Source: an uncultured Gammaproteobacteria bacterium (GTDB lineage Bacteria > Pseudomonadota > Gammaproteobacteria > Arenicellales > CALHMG01). From it: a stretch of 64,000 bases of DNA. The stretch covers positions 11,263-75,262 of the forward strand of contig CALHMG010000046.1 in NCBI GenBank assembly GCA_938034705.1, read 5' to 3'. The notes under the pieces are model-generated. The model searched no databases. It was not told the origin of the DNA and was given only the letters and a program-made list of their open reading frames with translations. Within the stretch, counting starts at the first letter, position 1. The number at the start of each line of letters is the position of its first letter. Of the stretch, positions 18,567-27,482 are shown one piece after another. The position numbers were made by a program, and so were the translations under genes.

Positions 18567-20627
18567 ATGAGCACCAAACTCGATCGACTGCTGAGACCGA
18601 AGAGCGTCGCTATCCTGGGCGGTAGCTGGGCCGGCAATGTCGCCGAACAGTGCAGGCGTGCAGGATTCAAAGGCGACGTCTGGCCCGTGCACCCCCGCCA
18701 CAAAGAGGTTCACGGCTATCGCTGTTATTCGAGTCTTGATGAGCTTCCCGGCGTCCCCGACGCCGTGTTTATTGGCGTCAATCGCAACAAGACGATAGAA
18801 ATGGTCGAGCGCCTCGCCGCGATGAATGCCGGTGGGGCCGTATGTTTTGCGTCCGGGTTCAGTGAAGCCGAAGACCTGACCCGTGATGGCGACGCGTTGC
18901 AGCAGTCGCTGATCGCCGCTGCAGGCGACATGCCTGTACTGGGACCGAACTGTTACGGCCTGATCAACTATCTCGACGGGGCTCTGCTCTGGCCAGATCA
19001 GCACGGCGGTCAGACGCTTGGCGACACGGGTAGCGGTGTAGCGATCGTCATGCAGTCCTCAAACATCGCGATTAACTGCACGATGGCGGCACGTGGGCTG
19101 CCACTGGCTTACGTTCTCTGTGCCGGCAACCAGGCCGTGGTCGATATCGCCGAGATGGTCGACGGACTGATAGCTGACCCACGCGTGACCGCGATCGGAA
19201 TGCACATTGAAGGCATCAGCGACATTGCGGCATTCGAGCAGGTTTCTCTTAAAGCGCGAGCAGCGGGTAAACCACTGATCGCTTTGAAGGTGGGTCGGTC
19301 CGAGCAGGCACAGGAAGCGTCGCTGTCCCATACCGCATCGATTGCCGGCAGTGCCGCCGCGTCAGCTGCGTTCTTTGAACATGTCGGTATTCCGATTGTT
19401 GAATCACTGACCGTGTTTCTTGAGTCGCTGAAACTGCTCCACGTACATGGCGCCTTGCCCGGAACCAGCATTTCCTCCATGAGCTGTTCCGGTGGTGAAG
19501 CGTCCCTGATCGCTGACGTAGCCGAAAACAGCGACGTGACTTTCAGGCCACTGCTACCGGCGGAAAAATCCCGCGTCAAGAACACGTTGAGCGAACTTGT
19601 GGTTGCCGCCAACCCGCTCGACTATCACACTTTTATCTGGGGTGATGAAGCGGCCATGGCCGCAACCTTTGGTGCGATGGTCAGCAACGGATTCGATATT
19701 TCTCTGCTCGTTCTGGACTTCCCCCGTACGGATCGCGGCACCGACCGCGACTGGGATCCAGCGGTTAACGCAATTGCACAGGTCGCCAGAGAAACTCGCG
19801 AACGCGTCGCGGTTGTCACATCGCTACCGGAAAATCTGCCCGAAAGTCGCGCCGAGGCATTTGTCGAAGCCGGCATCGTCCCTTTGTACGGTCTGGATGA
19901 TGCACTCGAAGCCGTCAGCGTGAGCGCAGCCGTCGGCTCATACTGGCGCAGACCGGCGCCGCAGTTCTGGGCGCGTCCAACCGAGTCGCCGGTATCAACA
20001 TCGCCCGGCACCGTGCTCAACGAGTTTGAGGCCAAGGCGACACTTCGTGATGCCGGGATCGACACACCACAGAATTTTCAGGTCAGCGCAGCAGATTTTC
20101 GTCAGCGCCTCGACCAGCTGACATTTCCGCTGGTCGCCAAATCACTGGCGCATTCTCACAAGTCCGAACATGACGCCGTTCGCCTGAACCTCACCGACGC
20201 ACAGCAGGTACAAGCCGCCATTGACGAACTGGGCAGTCACGGCGCGGCGATACTCATCGAGGAGATGGTCGGCAACGCGATCGTCGAACTGATCATCGGT
20301 GTACATCGGGACCCGGTCTACGGTCACCTGATGACTCTCGGTGCCGGGGGAGTAATGGTTGAACTGCTGGACGACACCCGGACTCTTCGAATGCCGGTCA
20401 CCGAAGATCAGGTCAGACAGGCCATTAACGCTTTGCGCGTCGCGCCACTGTTCGCCGGGTTTCGCGGCAAACCCGCCGCCAGCATGGACGCCGTAGTCCA
20501 GACGGCGCTGGCCGTGCAGCAGTTCACGGGCGCAAACCTGGATCAACTCGTCGAGCTGGATCTCAATCCGGTAATCGTGACACCGGATCGCGCGATTGCC
20601 GCCGATGCTCTGCTGCGAATGGCCTGA
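18567..20627 (+). CDS. ADP-forming acyl-CoA synthetase (acetate--CoA ligase family; fused CoA-binding/ligase-CoA and ATP-grasp domains)
   Basis: 686 aa. The N-terminal KSVAILGGS..VWPVHP is a CoA-binding fold. GPNCYGLIN and SCSGGEASL are succinyl-CoA-synthetase-like segments. The C-terminal part is ATP-grasp (LVAKS...ILIEEMV). Confidence 0.8.
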   Translation: MSTKLDRLLRPKSVAILGGSWAGNVAEQCRRAGFKGDVWPVHPRHKEVHGYRCYSSLDELPGVPDAVFIGVNRNKTIEMVERLAAMNAGGAVCFASGFSEAEDLTRDGDALQQSLIAAAGDMPVLGPNCYGLINYLDGALLWPDQHGGQTLGDTGSGVAIVMQSSNIAINCTMAARGLPLAYVLCAGNQAVVDIAEMVDGLIADPRVTAIGMHIEGISDIAAFEQVSLKARAAGKPLIALKVGRSEQAQEASLSHTASIAGSAAASAAFFEHVGIPIVESLTVFLESLKLLHVHGALPGTSISSMSCSGGEASLIADVAENSDVTFRPLLPAEKSRVKNTLSELVVAANPLDYHTFIWGDEAAMAATFGAMVSNGFDISLLVLDFPRTDRGTDRDWDPAVNAIAQVARETRERVAVVTSLPENLPESRAEAFVEAGIVPLYGLDDALEAVSVSAAVGSYWRRPAPQFWARPTESPVSTSPGTVLNEFEAKATLRDAGIDTPQNFQVSAADFRQRLDQLTFPLVAKSLAHSHKSEHDAVRLNLTDAQQVQAAIDELGSHGAAILIEEMVGNAIVELIIGVHRDPVYGHLMTLGAGGVMVELLDDTRTLRMPVTEDQVRQAINALRVAPLFAGFRGKPAASMDAVVQTALAVQQFTGANLDQLVELDLNPVIVTPDRAIAADALLRMA

Positions 20628-20639
20628 GGCATCAGCGGC

Positions 20640-21521
20640 CTACAGATCGATGTCGACCAAAATCGGTTTGTGGTCAGATCCAACCGCATCTTCGATGACC
20701 TGCATCGACCGTATACGATCTGCAAGTGCGGTGCTGACGAAGCAGTAATCCAGTCGAGCACGGTAGTCAGTCACCTCACAGGTTGCGCCGCCAGAGAGCT
20801 CGTTGCCCAGCCAGGTCCACGCGTCAACAAAGCCGTCCGGGCTCACCTGCCTGCCCCCGTATTCTGACAGCGGCCCGGCGATCGCATCGTATTCCGGTGA
20901 TCCCGGCTCCATATTGAAATCGCCAAGTATAATCGCTTCGCGCGAGACGCTCTGATCGCCAACTTCATTCTCAAGCCCCATCAGTTTCAGCGTGTCCTCG
21001 TCGGTGTTGATCGCAAAGCCCTCATGAACGGCGTTGCCGTGCACATCGATCAACGTATCCAGCTGCGAGATTCGTTCTTCACTGGTGAGATGTGACAGAT
21101 GGGTTGAGTAGACACGATAGCGCCCGGACGGAAAATCAATTGCCCCCTCGAGAGCGCAGCGCTGCAGACTCATCGGTGATGACACACTGCCGTACTTGGG
21201 CAACAGGTGGTTGCGTGATGTCACGATCGGAAAACGCGATAACAGCATATTGCCAAAAGTTCGACGGCGGTTCTGAACGCGCCCGTCATCCATCACCTGA
21301 TCCGCACTCATGTCGACGCCGGCGCCGTACACCCAGTGGTAATCCGGCAGCAGTCCGGCGAGCACTTCAACCTGGTCAACGTTGCCACTGCGTGTAAACC
21401 AGCGCTCGACTTCCTGATAGGCGATCACATCCGCGCCGATCGACTCGTTCACAATTCTTTCCAGGTCGACTTCGCCGTCGAGGCCGGTGCCGTACTGAAT
21501 GTTGTAGCTCAGAAAACGCAT
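20640..21521 (-). CDS. endonuclease/exonuclease/phosphatase (EEP) family protein
   Basis: 293 aa. It has MRFLSYNIQYG...ADVIAYQEV at the N-terminus and ..GSDHKPILVDI at the C-terminus, which are EEP catalytic motifs. Confidence 0.8.
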   Translation of the reverse strand: MRFLSYNIQYGTGLDGEVDLERIVNESIGADVIAYQEVERWFTRSGNVDQVEVLAGLLPDYHWVYGAGVDMSADQVMDDGRVQNRRRTFGNMLLSRFPIVTSRNHLLPKYGSVSSPMSLQRCALEGAIDFPSGRYRVYSTHLSHLTSEERISQLDTLIDVHGNAVHEGFAINTDEDTLKLMGLENEVGDQSVSREAIILGDFNMEPGSPEYDAIAGPLSEYGGRQVSPDGFVDAWTWLGNELSGGATCEVTDYRARLDYCFVSTALADRIRSMQVIEDAVGSDHKPILVDIDL

Positions 21522-21750
21522 GCCAATTCCTTGTTAAACTGCGCTGACGGGTTCAAACCGGATCGACGGGATCTGCACTTCAGTCCAAAAAACGCGGTTT
21601 TTCGCCTGAATCGGCCGTTTCGAACACCTTGAAAGCCACGCCAGCGATACACATATATAGACCATTGCCGGCAGCTGTGACCGCGCTGTGTTCCAGTCAA
21701 CACGCTTCGTCACAACCGCCCATGGCAACCGCAACGATGACACAGACACA

Positions 21751-22566
21751 ATGATACGAACAAAAGCTATTTTTCAAACGCCAGGCACGCCACGTTTCCA
21801 GAACGTTGTGAAAATGCTGGCAGCGGCAATTTTTGCAACGGCTATCGCGGGGTGCAGCATGAAAGAAGACAAATTAACCGTGGACGTCAACGTTACGTTC
21901 ATGGATATCGCTCAGTTAAAGACAGGTGATCCGGTTGTGTTCGGTGGGACACAGATCGGTGTCGTCGAGTCAATCCGGGCCGGCGATGACGGACAGCAGG
22001 TTGTTCTGAGTCTTGAAGCAAACAAAGCCGGTATCGTTCAGTCGAATGCCGCGGCCGCCATCGCACGCGGACAGACCAGCGAAGTGCGTATTTCAAATCC
22101 GGCCGGTACCGGCGAGTCCATCGCCGACGGCGGTACCCTGAAACCGCTCGCATCACCGCTCGACGAAGCAGCCTACCAGGCCGGCAAGGCATTCAGTTCC
22201 GTGCAGGAAGCCCTGCAGCAGGCGGCAAACTCGTTTAACGAATTTATTCAAAGTGAAGACTGGAAAAAGACCCAGTCCGATATTGAAAGCAGTCTGCAGG
22301 ATCTCGGTAAACAGTCCCAGAGTGCCGTCAATGAAATTGGCGCTGGCGTGGAACAGATGATGCGGGATCTTGAACAACAGTCTGGCAAGACGCTGAAAGA
22401 CGCGGAAAAACACTTTGGCGACATTGAAGAGAAACTTCAGGAGTACGGCAAAGACGGCCAGAAGGATGTGATCAACTCCATAAACCGATTGCTTGAAAGT
22501 CTGAAGTCAGCCATGGAAGGTGCCCAGGGCAGTCGTTCATCAGACAGCAGATCGACGCCGATCTAG
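21751..22566 (+). CDS. putative lipoprotein with MlaD/MCE-like N-terminal domain and helical repeat tail
   Basis: It has a lipobox (..AIFATAIAGCSM). LKTGDPVVFGGTQIGVVESI resembles the MlaD/MCE beta-barrel core. The C-terminal ~140 aa are Q/E/K-rich amphipathic helices. The start is uncertain (ATG at 21751 or 21814). Confidence 0.5.
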   Translation: MIRTKAIFQTPGTPRFQNVVKMLAAAIFATAIAGCSMKEDKLTVDVNVTFMDIAQLKTGDPVVFGGTQIGVVESIRAGDDGQQVVLSLEANKAGIVQSNAAAAIARGQTSEVRISNPAGTGESIADGGTLKPLASPLDEAAYQAGKAFSSVQEALQQAANSFNEFIQSEDWKKTQSDIESSLQDLGKQSQSAVNEIGAGVEQMMRDLEQQSGKTLKDAEKHFGDIEEKLQEYGKDGQKDVINSINRLLESLKSAMEGAQGSRSSDSRSTPI

Positions 22567-22601
22567 ATAAGGCGATCGCCAGAACTGACGGGCAAACGGT
22601 T

Positions 22602-22641
22602 AGCCCCGGATTTCCACGGGTCGGAAGTCCGGGGCTTTTCT
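22602..22641 (+). terminator. intrinsic terminator after the MlaD-like gene
   Basis: CCCCGGATTTCC / GGAAGTCCGGGG forms a 12-bp stem with a 7-nt loop, followed by CTTTTCTCC. Confidence 0.6.
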
Positions 22642-22729
22642 CCGGGCGCACGCAGGTGACCAACAGTCGTTATGATGCGGCGCCGACTGAACTGCGATAG
22701 CCTGTGAGACCAGTCATCGTATCTCGCCC

Positions 22730-23758
22730 ATGTCCATCACATCACGAAATCTCGAACCTGAACTTTATGTCAGCGACGCGGTTTTCGAAGCCGAACGCGA
22801 CGCAATATTCTCCGGTACCTGGCAGTACCTTGGTGCGGCATCGCGGATTGATCGTCCAGGCACCTATATTTCCGATGTTGTCGCCGGCATTCCGATTCTT
22901 GTTCTGCGTTCGCGCGACGGCAAGCTTCGTGGATTCAGAAACGCGTGCCGCCATCGCGGCGCACCGTTGATTGAACCTGGCGTTGGCAGGTGTCCGCGTA
23001 CTATCCGATGTCCGTACCATCTCTGGGTTTACAGTGATGAGGGGGAACTCGTCGACGCACCATGGTTTGGTGACGCGGACGATTTTTCTCTGGACGACTG
23101 GCCGCTGCAGCGGATCGAAGTTGAAATCTGGCGCGGCCTGCTGTTCGCCGCGATCGAGCCACGCCAGCCCCTGGCTGCGCAACTCGGCGAAACTGTTGAC
23201 GAACTTGCCGATGTGCCCATACACGACTACCGGTACGGCGCTAGCGCCAAGCTCGATTTCGACGCCAACTGGAAAATCTACACCGACAATTTTGTCGAGG
23301 GTTATCACATACCGGGTATTCATCCAGCGTTCTATCAGGCCATTGATTTTGAGAACTTCAAGACCGAGGCGAAAGACGGAATCGTCTGCATGACGGCGCC
23401 AACAGACAATGAGCTGTTCTATCGGGGACGCTGGTACTGGATGTGGCCCAACTGGACGCTATCGCTTTATCCCAACGGGATGAGCACTTCAAGAATCAAC
23501 CCAACCTCGGCAGGCCACACTGAGCTTTTCTACACGTTCTACTTTTCGGACGTTGGCGACGACAGCCAGGCCGACCGCGAGGCGCTGATCGAGCAGAATC
23601 TCAACGTCATCCGCGAGGACTTCGAGATCTGTCTGGGAGTCCATCAGAACTACGCCAGCGGCAACTACACCTCAGGGCCGCTGTCACCGCGCCATGAGCT
23701 TGGCGTTGCGTACTTTCAAAATCGCGTACGAACCGCTCTTGACCGAACCATCGGCTAA
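22730..23758 (+). CDS. Rieske [2Fe-2S] non-heme iron oxygenase, alpha-subunit-like
   Basis: 342 aa with Rieske motif CRHRGAPL...CPYHLW. The catalytic domain carries the NFVEGYHIPGIH iron-ligand region. Confidence 0.8.
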   Translation: MSITSRNLEPELYVSDAVFEAERDAIFSGTWQYLGAASRIDRPGTYISDVVAGIPILVLRSRDGKLRGFRNACRHRGAPLIEPGVGRCPRTIRCPYHLWVYSDEGELVDAPWFGDADDFSLDDWPLQRIEVEIWRGLLFAAIEPRQPLAAQLGETVDELADVPIHDYRYGASAKLDFDANWKIYTDNFVEGYHIPGIHPAFYQAIDFENFKTEAKDGIVCMTAPTDNELFYRGRWYWMWPNWTLSLYPNGMSTSRINPTSAGHTELFYTFYFSDVGDDSQADREALIEQNLNVIREDFEICLGVHQNYASGNYTSGPLSPRHELGVAYFQNRVRTALDRTIG

Positions 23759-23765
23759 CGGGTTT

Positions 23766-24704
23766 TCAGCCGCCTTCTTCCAGGGTCATGATGCGATGGT
23801 TTTCGTACCCGCGAATCCGTTTAATACCGTCGAGCGCCCTGGCGCACTGCACCGGCGTAATCTGCGACCTTGAGCGTCCTCCACCGGCGAACATGAAATT
23901 TTTCCGATTGGTCTCATGACATGTGCAGTTGCCATAGATATGAAAAAGCTCGTGGGCAACGGTGACACCGAGCCCGAGAGTTCGATGAGCGTAATATCGG
24001 TCTTCGCGCTCGCGATGGTTGCCGACAATCAGCGCGATGTTGTCCATCACCTTTTTGTCCGGCAATGACTGCATACCGGTCTTGCGCATGAATTCCGCAC
24101 GGTTGCCCGTGAGACCACGCGTAAAGCCATCGTTGTAGGCCAGCCCCCAGAGCTCTGAGTCGTAAACATCCTGCTGATTCATGAAATAGATGTGGGGCTC
24201 CGCCGTTGTTCGCGTAGCCGATACGAGCTGAAAATATTCGTCCATCTGAACCCGCGTGTAGTGTCGGTCTACATCAACAACAGACACCTCGATATCGGAA
24301 AAGTGAATCCCGCACTGGTTATAGATACGACCGGCCTGGCGGGTTGCGTCAACCAGCTTGGTCCTGGACCAGCCGCTGCTGTCGAGAACCACGTAGTGCA
24401 CACGTATTTCGGCTTTCACATCATCTACTGACGCATTGACGCAGTCGGCACGGATGTCGAACGTATCTTTTTCGACATCCCTGATTCCTTTTGCGGCCTT
24501 GATCGCGGCACTTCCCATCGCACTGGTCAGCTCAACCTGAACCGGATCACCCTCGAGGATATAGTCGACGATACAGCCGTGATTGAACTCGTTGTTTCTG
24601 GCAAAGTCGTCTGTTGCCTGCTCGCCATAGCGGTGCATCTTCGAGAATGAAACAATCACGAAGGTCATGACAAAAAACGCGTAGAAGACGTGCGTTCGAT
24701 CCAT
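23766..24704 (-). CDS. membrane-anchored hypothetical protein with HExxH zinc-metalloprotease-like motif
   Basis: 312 aa with an N-terminal TM helix (VFYAFFVMTFVIVSF). The C-terminal VAHELFHIYGNCTCHE reads HExxHxxGxxxxH. I recognise no family. Confidence 0.5.
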   Translation of the reverse strand: MDRTHVFYAFFVMTFVIVSFSKMHRYGEQATDDFARNNEFNHGCIVDYILEGDPVQVELTSAMGSAAIKAAKGIRDVEKDTFDIRADCVNASVDDVKAEIRVHYVVLDSSGWSRTKLVDATRQAGRIYNQCGIHFSDIEVSVVDVDRHYTRVQMDEYFQLVSATRTTAEPHIYFMNQQDVYDSELWGLAYNDGFTRGLTGNRAEFMRKTGMQSLPDKKVMDNIALIVGNHREREDRYYAHRTLGLGVTVAHELFHIYGNCTCHETNRKNFMFAGGGRSRSQITPVQCARALDGIKRIRGYENHRIMTLEEGG

Positions 24705-24764
24705 GATGACAACGACAGCCGCGGCGGATTTAGCTTAAGCGTAGACCAAGACAATTTCCTAATA

Positions 24765-25397
24765 ATGACCTCGAACTCCAAACGCCTTGTCGACGGACCA
24801 GTCGATGCCGACCTGACCGTTTTGCTCAGCCACGGAGCGGGGGCCGGTATGGACACTCCCGCAATGGACACCATCGCTCTCGGTCTGGCGGACAACGGAT
24901 ATCGCGTTGTTCGATTCGAGTTTCCGTACATGCAGCGCATTCGAGCCGAAGGCACGCGCAGGCCACCAGATCGGCAGCCGGTGCTCACCGCTCACCTGCG
25001 CGAGGAGATCAGAGCGTGCGGCGTGGAAACGTCGCGCCTGATTCTGGCCGGACGTTCAATGGGTGGACGAATGAGTTCCCTTGTTGCCGATGAGTATGAG
25101 GTCGCCGGTCTGGTGTGTCTCGGCTACCCGTTTCATCCGCCGGGCAAACCGGAGCGGCTGCGAACTGAACACCTTGAGGACATCACAACTCCAACACTGA
25201 TACTGCAGGGCGAGCGCGACAAATTCGGCAGCCCGGAAGAAGTAGAGCAATACAGACTGTCCCGAGCGATCGACGTATTCTGGATACCCGACGGAGATCA
25301 CAGCTTTAAACCACGAAAGAAGTCCGGCCATACCGAACAAAGCAATCTCGCGTTGGCGATAACCCGAATGGTCAAATTTCTGTCCGTCATTCGGTGA
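24765..25397 (+). CDS. alpha/beta hydrolase (KANL3/Tex30-like, dienelactone-hydrolase fold)
   Basis: 210 aa from the ATG at 24765. It has LLSHGAGAGMD, the GRSMGGR nucleophile elbow, and LILQGERDKFG...GDHSF. Confidence 0.75.
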   Translation: MTSNSKRLVDGPVDADLTVLLSHGAGAGMDTPAMDTIALGLADNGYRVVRFEFPYMQRIRAEGTRRPPDRQPVLTAHLREEIRACGVETSRLILAGRSMGGRMSSLVADEYEVAGLVCLGYPFHPPGKPERLRTEHLEDITTPTLILQGERDKFGSPEEVEQYRLSRAIDVFWIPDGDHSFKPRKKSGHTEQSNLALAITRMVKFLSVIR

Positions 25398-25488
25398 AGT
25401 CGTACCAGAAGACGCAAACCACGTAGTCACAAACCGTGGCGGTGCGTACAGTTCAAACATGCGCAATACCCTATTTGAGAATGACTGA

Positions 25489-26442
25489 ATGACCACCGGC
25501 TTTATCTATGACGATCGCTACCTGAGCCACGACACCGGTCAGGGACATCCTGAACGCGCGGATCGATTGCGTTCGGCTATTGGAAAGCTTCGAGGCGAGA
25601 GCTGGTACGACTCGCTGGTTCAGCACTCACCCCGCGTGCCTGAACGTAACTGGATCGAATCAATTCATCAGGGCGCCTACATCAATCACGCCGAAACAGA
25701 AATCAAAAGTGGGGCACCGTTTCTGGATTCTGCCGACGTCACGGTAAGTGAACAAAGTTATGATGTCGCGCTGCTGGCAACCGGAGCCGCACTTGAGCTG
25801 TGTGATGCCGTGGCCAACAACGCCGTGAACAACGGCTTCGCACTGATTCGTCCACCCGGCCATCATGCTGAAGCTGCCCAGGCGCTTGGTTTTTGTGTTT
25901 TCAACAACATCGCCATCGCAGCACGCTATCTGCAACGTCATCACGGACTCGACAAGGTTGCGATCGTCGATTGGGACGTGCATCACGGCAACGGGACACA
26001 GCACAGCTTCGAAGACGACCCCTCCGTATTGTTTATCAGCACGCACCAGTATCCGTATTATCCCGGCACTGGCGCCTGGTCAGAAACAGGCACCGGCGCC
26101 GGACAAGGCGCCACACTTAACTGTCCGATGAACGCGGGCGCAACCGACGCCGACTATATGGCGGCGTTCAGCGAAAAGGTGATCCCTGCTCTGGATGCGT
26201 TCAAGCCGCAGATGATTCTGCTGTCAGCCGGTTTCGACGCCCACCGTAACGACCCGCTTGCATCGGTGAACCTCTCTACCGACATCTACGGATGGATGAC
26301 TGAACGCATGATGGAGGTCGCTGACCGACACTCTGGTGGGCGGATCGTCTCGTTGCTTGAGGGCGGATACGATCTGACGGCACTTGCAGATTGCGTGTCG
26401 CTGCATGTTTCAACACTTTCAGAACAACGTGAACCTTCCTGA
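25489..26442 (+). CDS. histone deacetylase-family (arginase-fold) deacetylase
   Basis: 317 aa. It has RPPGHHA, DWDVHHGNGTQ and SAGFDAH...EGGY, which are class II HDAC/acetylpolyamine amidohydrolase motifs. Confidence 0.85.
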   Translation: MTTGFIYDDRYLSHDTGQGHPERADRLRSAIGKLRGESWYDSLVQHSPRVPERNWIESIHQGAYINHAETEIKSGAPFLDSADVTVSEQSYDVALLATGAALELCDAVANNAVNNGFALIRPPGHHAEAAQALGFCVFNNIAIAARYLQRHHGLDKVAIVDWDVHHGNGTQHSFEDDPSVLFISTHQYPYYPGTGAWSETGTGAGQGATLNCPMNAGATDADYMAAFSEKVIPALDAFKPQMILLSAGFDAHRNDPLASVNLSTDIYGWMTERMMEVADRHSGGRIVSLLEGGYDLTALADCVSLHVSTLSEQREPS

Positions 26443-26483
26443 ATAATCAGCGACCCGACAAAGAACCCCCAAGAGAGAACCCG

Positions 26484-27440
26484 ATGGAATTTGGATTTAA
26501 CGTACCCGTACGCGGCGCAATAGCGGACACCGAGTCGCTGAAGACCCTGGCGATACGCGGCGAAGAAAAGGGATTTACCCATCTCGCGATCCCCGATCAC
26601 ATTGTCATTCCGCGTGATATCGAGTCTCGCTATCCGTACACACAGACCGGTCAGTTCCCTGGCGGCTCCGCCGGCAACTGCTTTGAGCAGCTCACCACGA
26701 TGGCTTTTCTGGCGGGCGTCACATCAACCGCTCGATTGCTGACTTCCGTGATGGTGGTGCCCCATCGCGGCGCTGTCCATACGGCCAAGGCCCTGGCGAC
26801 CATCGATCATTTCTCCGGCGGGCGCGTTACCGTTGGCGTCGGAGCCGGCTGGATGGAAGAGGAGTTTGTTGCGGTCAACGCCCCGGAGTTCAAGGCACGT
26901 GGCAAGGTCACCAACGAGTTTCTCGAGGTTTTCAAAGACTGCTGGACCAACGACAGTCCGGAGTTCGACGGTGACTTCGCGAGCTACAGCAACATTGAAT
27001 TCGCGCCACAGCCGCTCCAGAACCCGCATCCACCAATCTGGGTTGGCGGTGAGAGCAATCCCGCAATGCGCCGCGCGGTGAAGTACGCTGACGCCTGGTA
27101 TCCCATCGGGGCTAACCCGCGATTTCCGCTGAATACGCCAGCACTGTATTCAGACTCGCTGCAACGACTGGCAGTCATGTGTGAGAAAGCCGAGCGGGAT
27201 CCGGCCACGCTGGAAACCAACTATTGGGCTAACTGGTACAACGAAAACAATCCTGCGGTAAAACTTGAAAGCGGTGAACGTCATATGTTCACGGGGTCCG
27301 CCGCCGATATTGTCGACGACATTGGCGCAATGAAGGAAGCCGGGGTCTCGAAGCTGCTGTTCAGTTTTCAGAGAGACACCCTGCAGGCGTCACTCGACAG
27401 CATGGACTTCTTCGTCGAGGAAATTCGTTCGAAAATCTAG
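26484..27440 (+). CDS. luciferase-like monooxygenase (LLM) class flavin/F420-dependent oxidoreductase
   Basis: 318 aa. It shows the LLM TIM-barrel pattern (GFTHLAIPDH, DHFSGGRVTVGVGAGW, PPIWVGG). Confidence 0.75.
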   Translation: MEFGFNVPVRGAIADTESLKTLAIRGEEKGFTHLAIPDHIVIPRDIESRYPYTQTGQFPGGSAGNCFEQLTTMAFLAGVTSTARLLTSVMVVPHRGAVHTAKALATIDHFSGGRVTVGVGAGWMEEEFVAVNAPEFKARGKVTNEFLEVFKDCWTNDSPEFDGDFASYSNIEFAPQPLQNPHPPIWVGGESNPAMRRAVKYADAWYPIGANPRFPLNTPALYSDSLQRLAVMCEKAERDPATLETNYWANWYNENNPAVKLESGERHMFTGSAADIVDDIGAMKEAGVSKLLFSFQRDTLQASLDSMDFFVEEIRSKI

Positions 27441-27482
27441 TCGCGATTCCCACCGGGACGGACTTGGTCGACCGGCTCGTGT

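Noticed and set aside
22730-23758. Linking the Rieske oxygenase (22730-23758) and the distant Rieske ferredoxin (37891-38211) to the carnitine-like operon as a quaternary-amine demethylase system (GbcA/CntA-like).
   Set aside because: The genes are separated by unrelated genes and lie in different transcription units. No reductase is present, and I cannot distinguish the oxygenase subfamily by eye.
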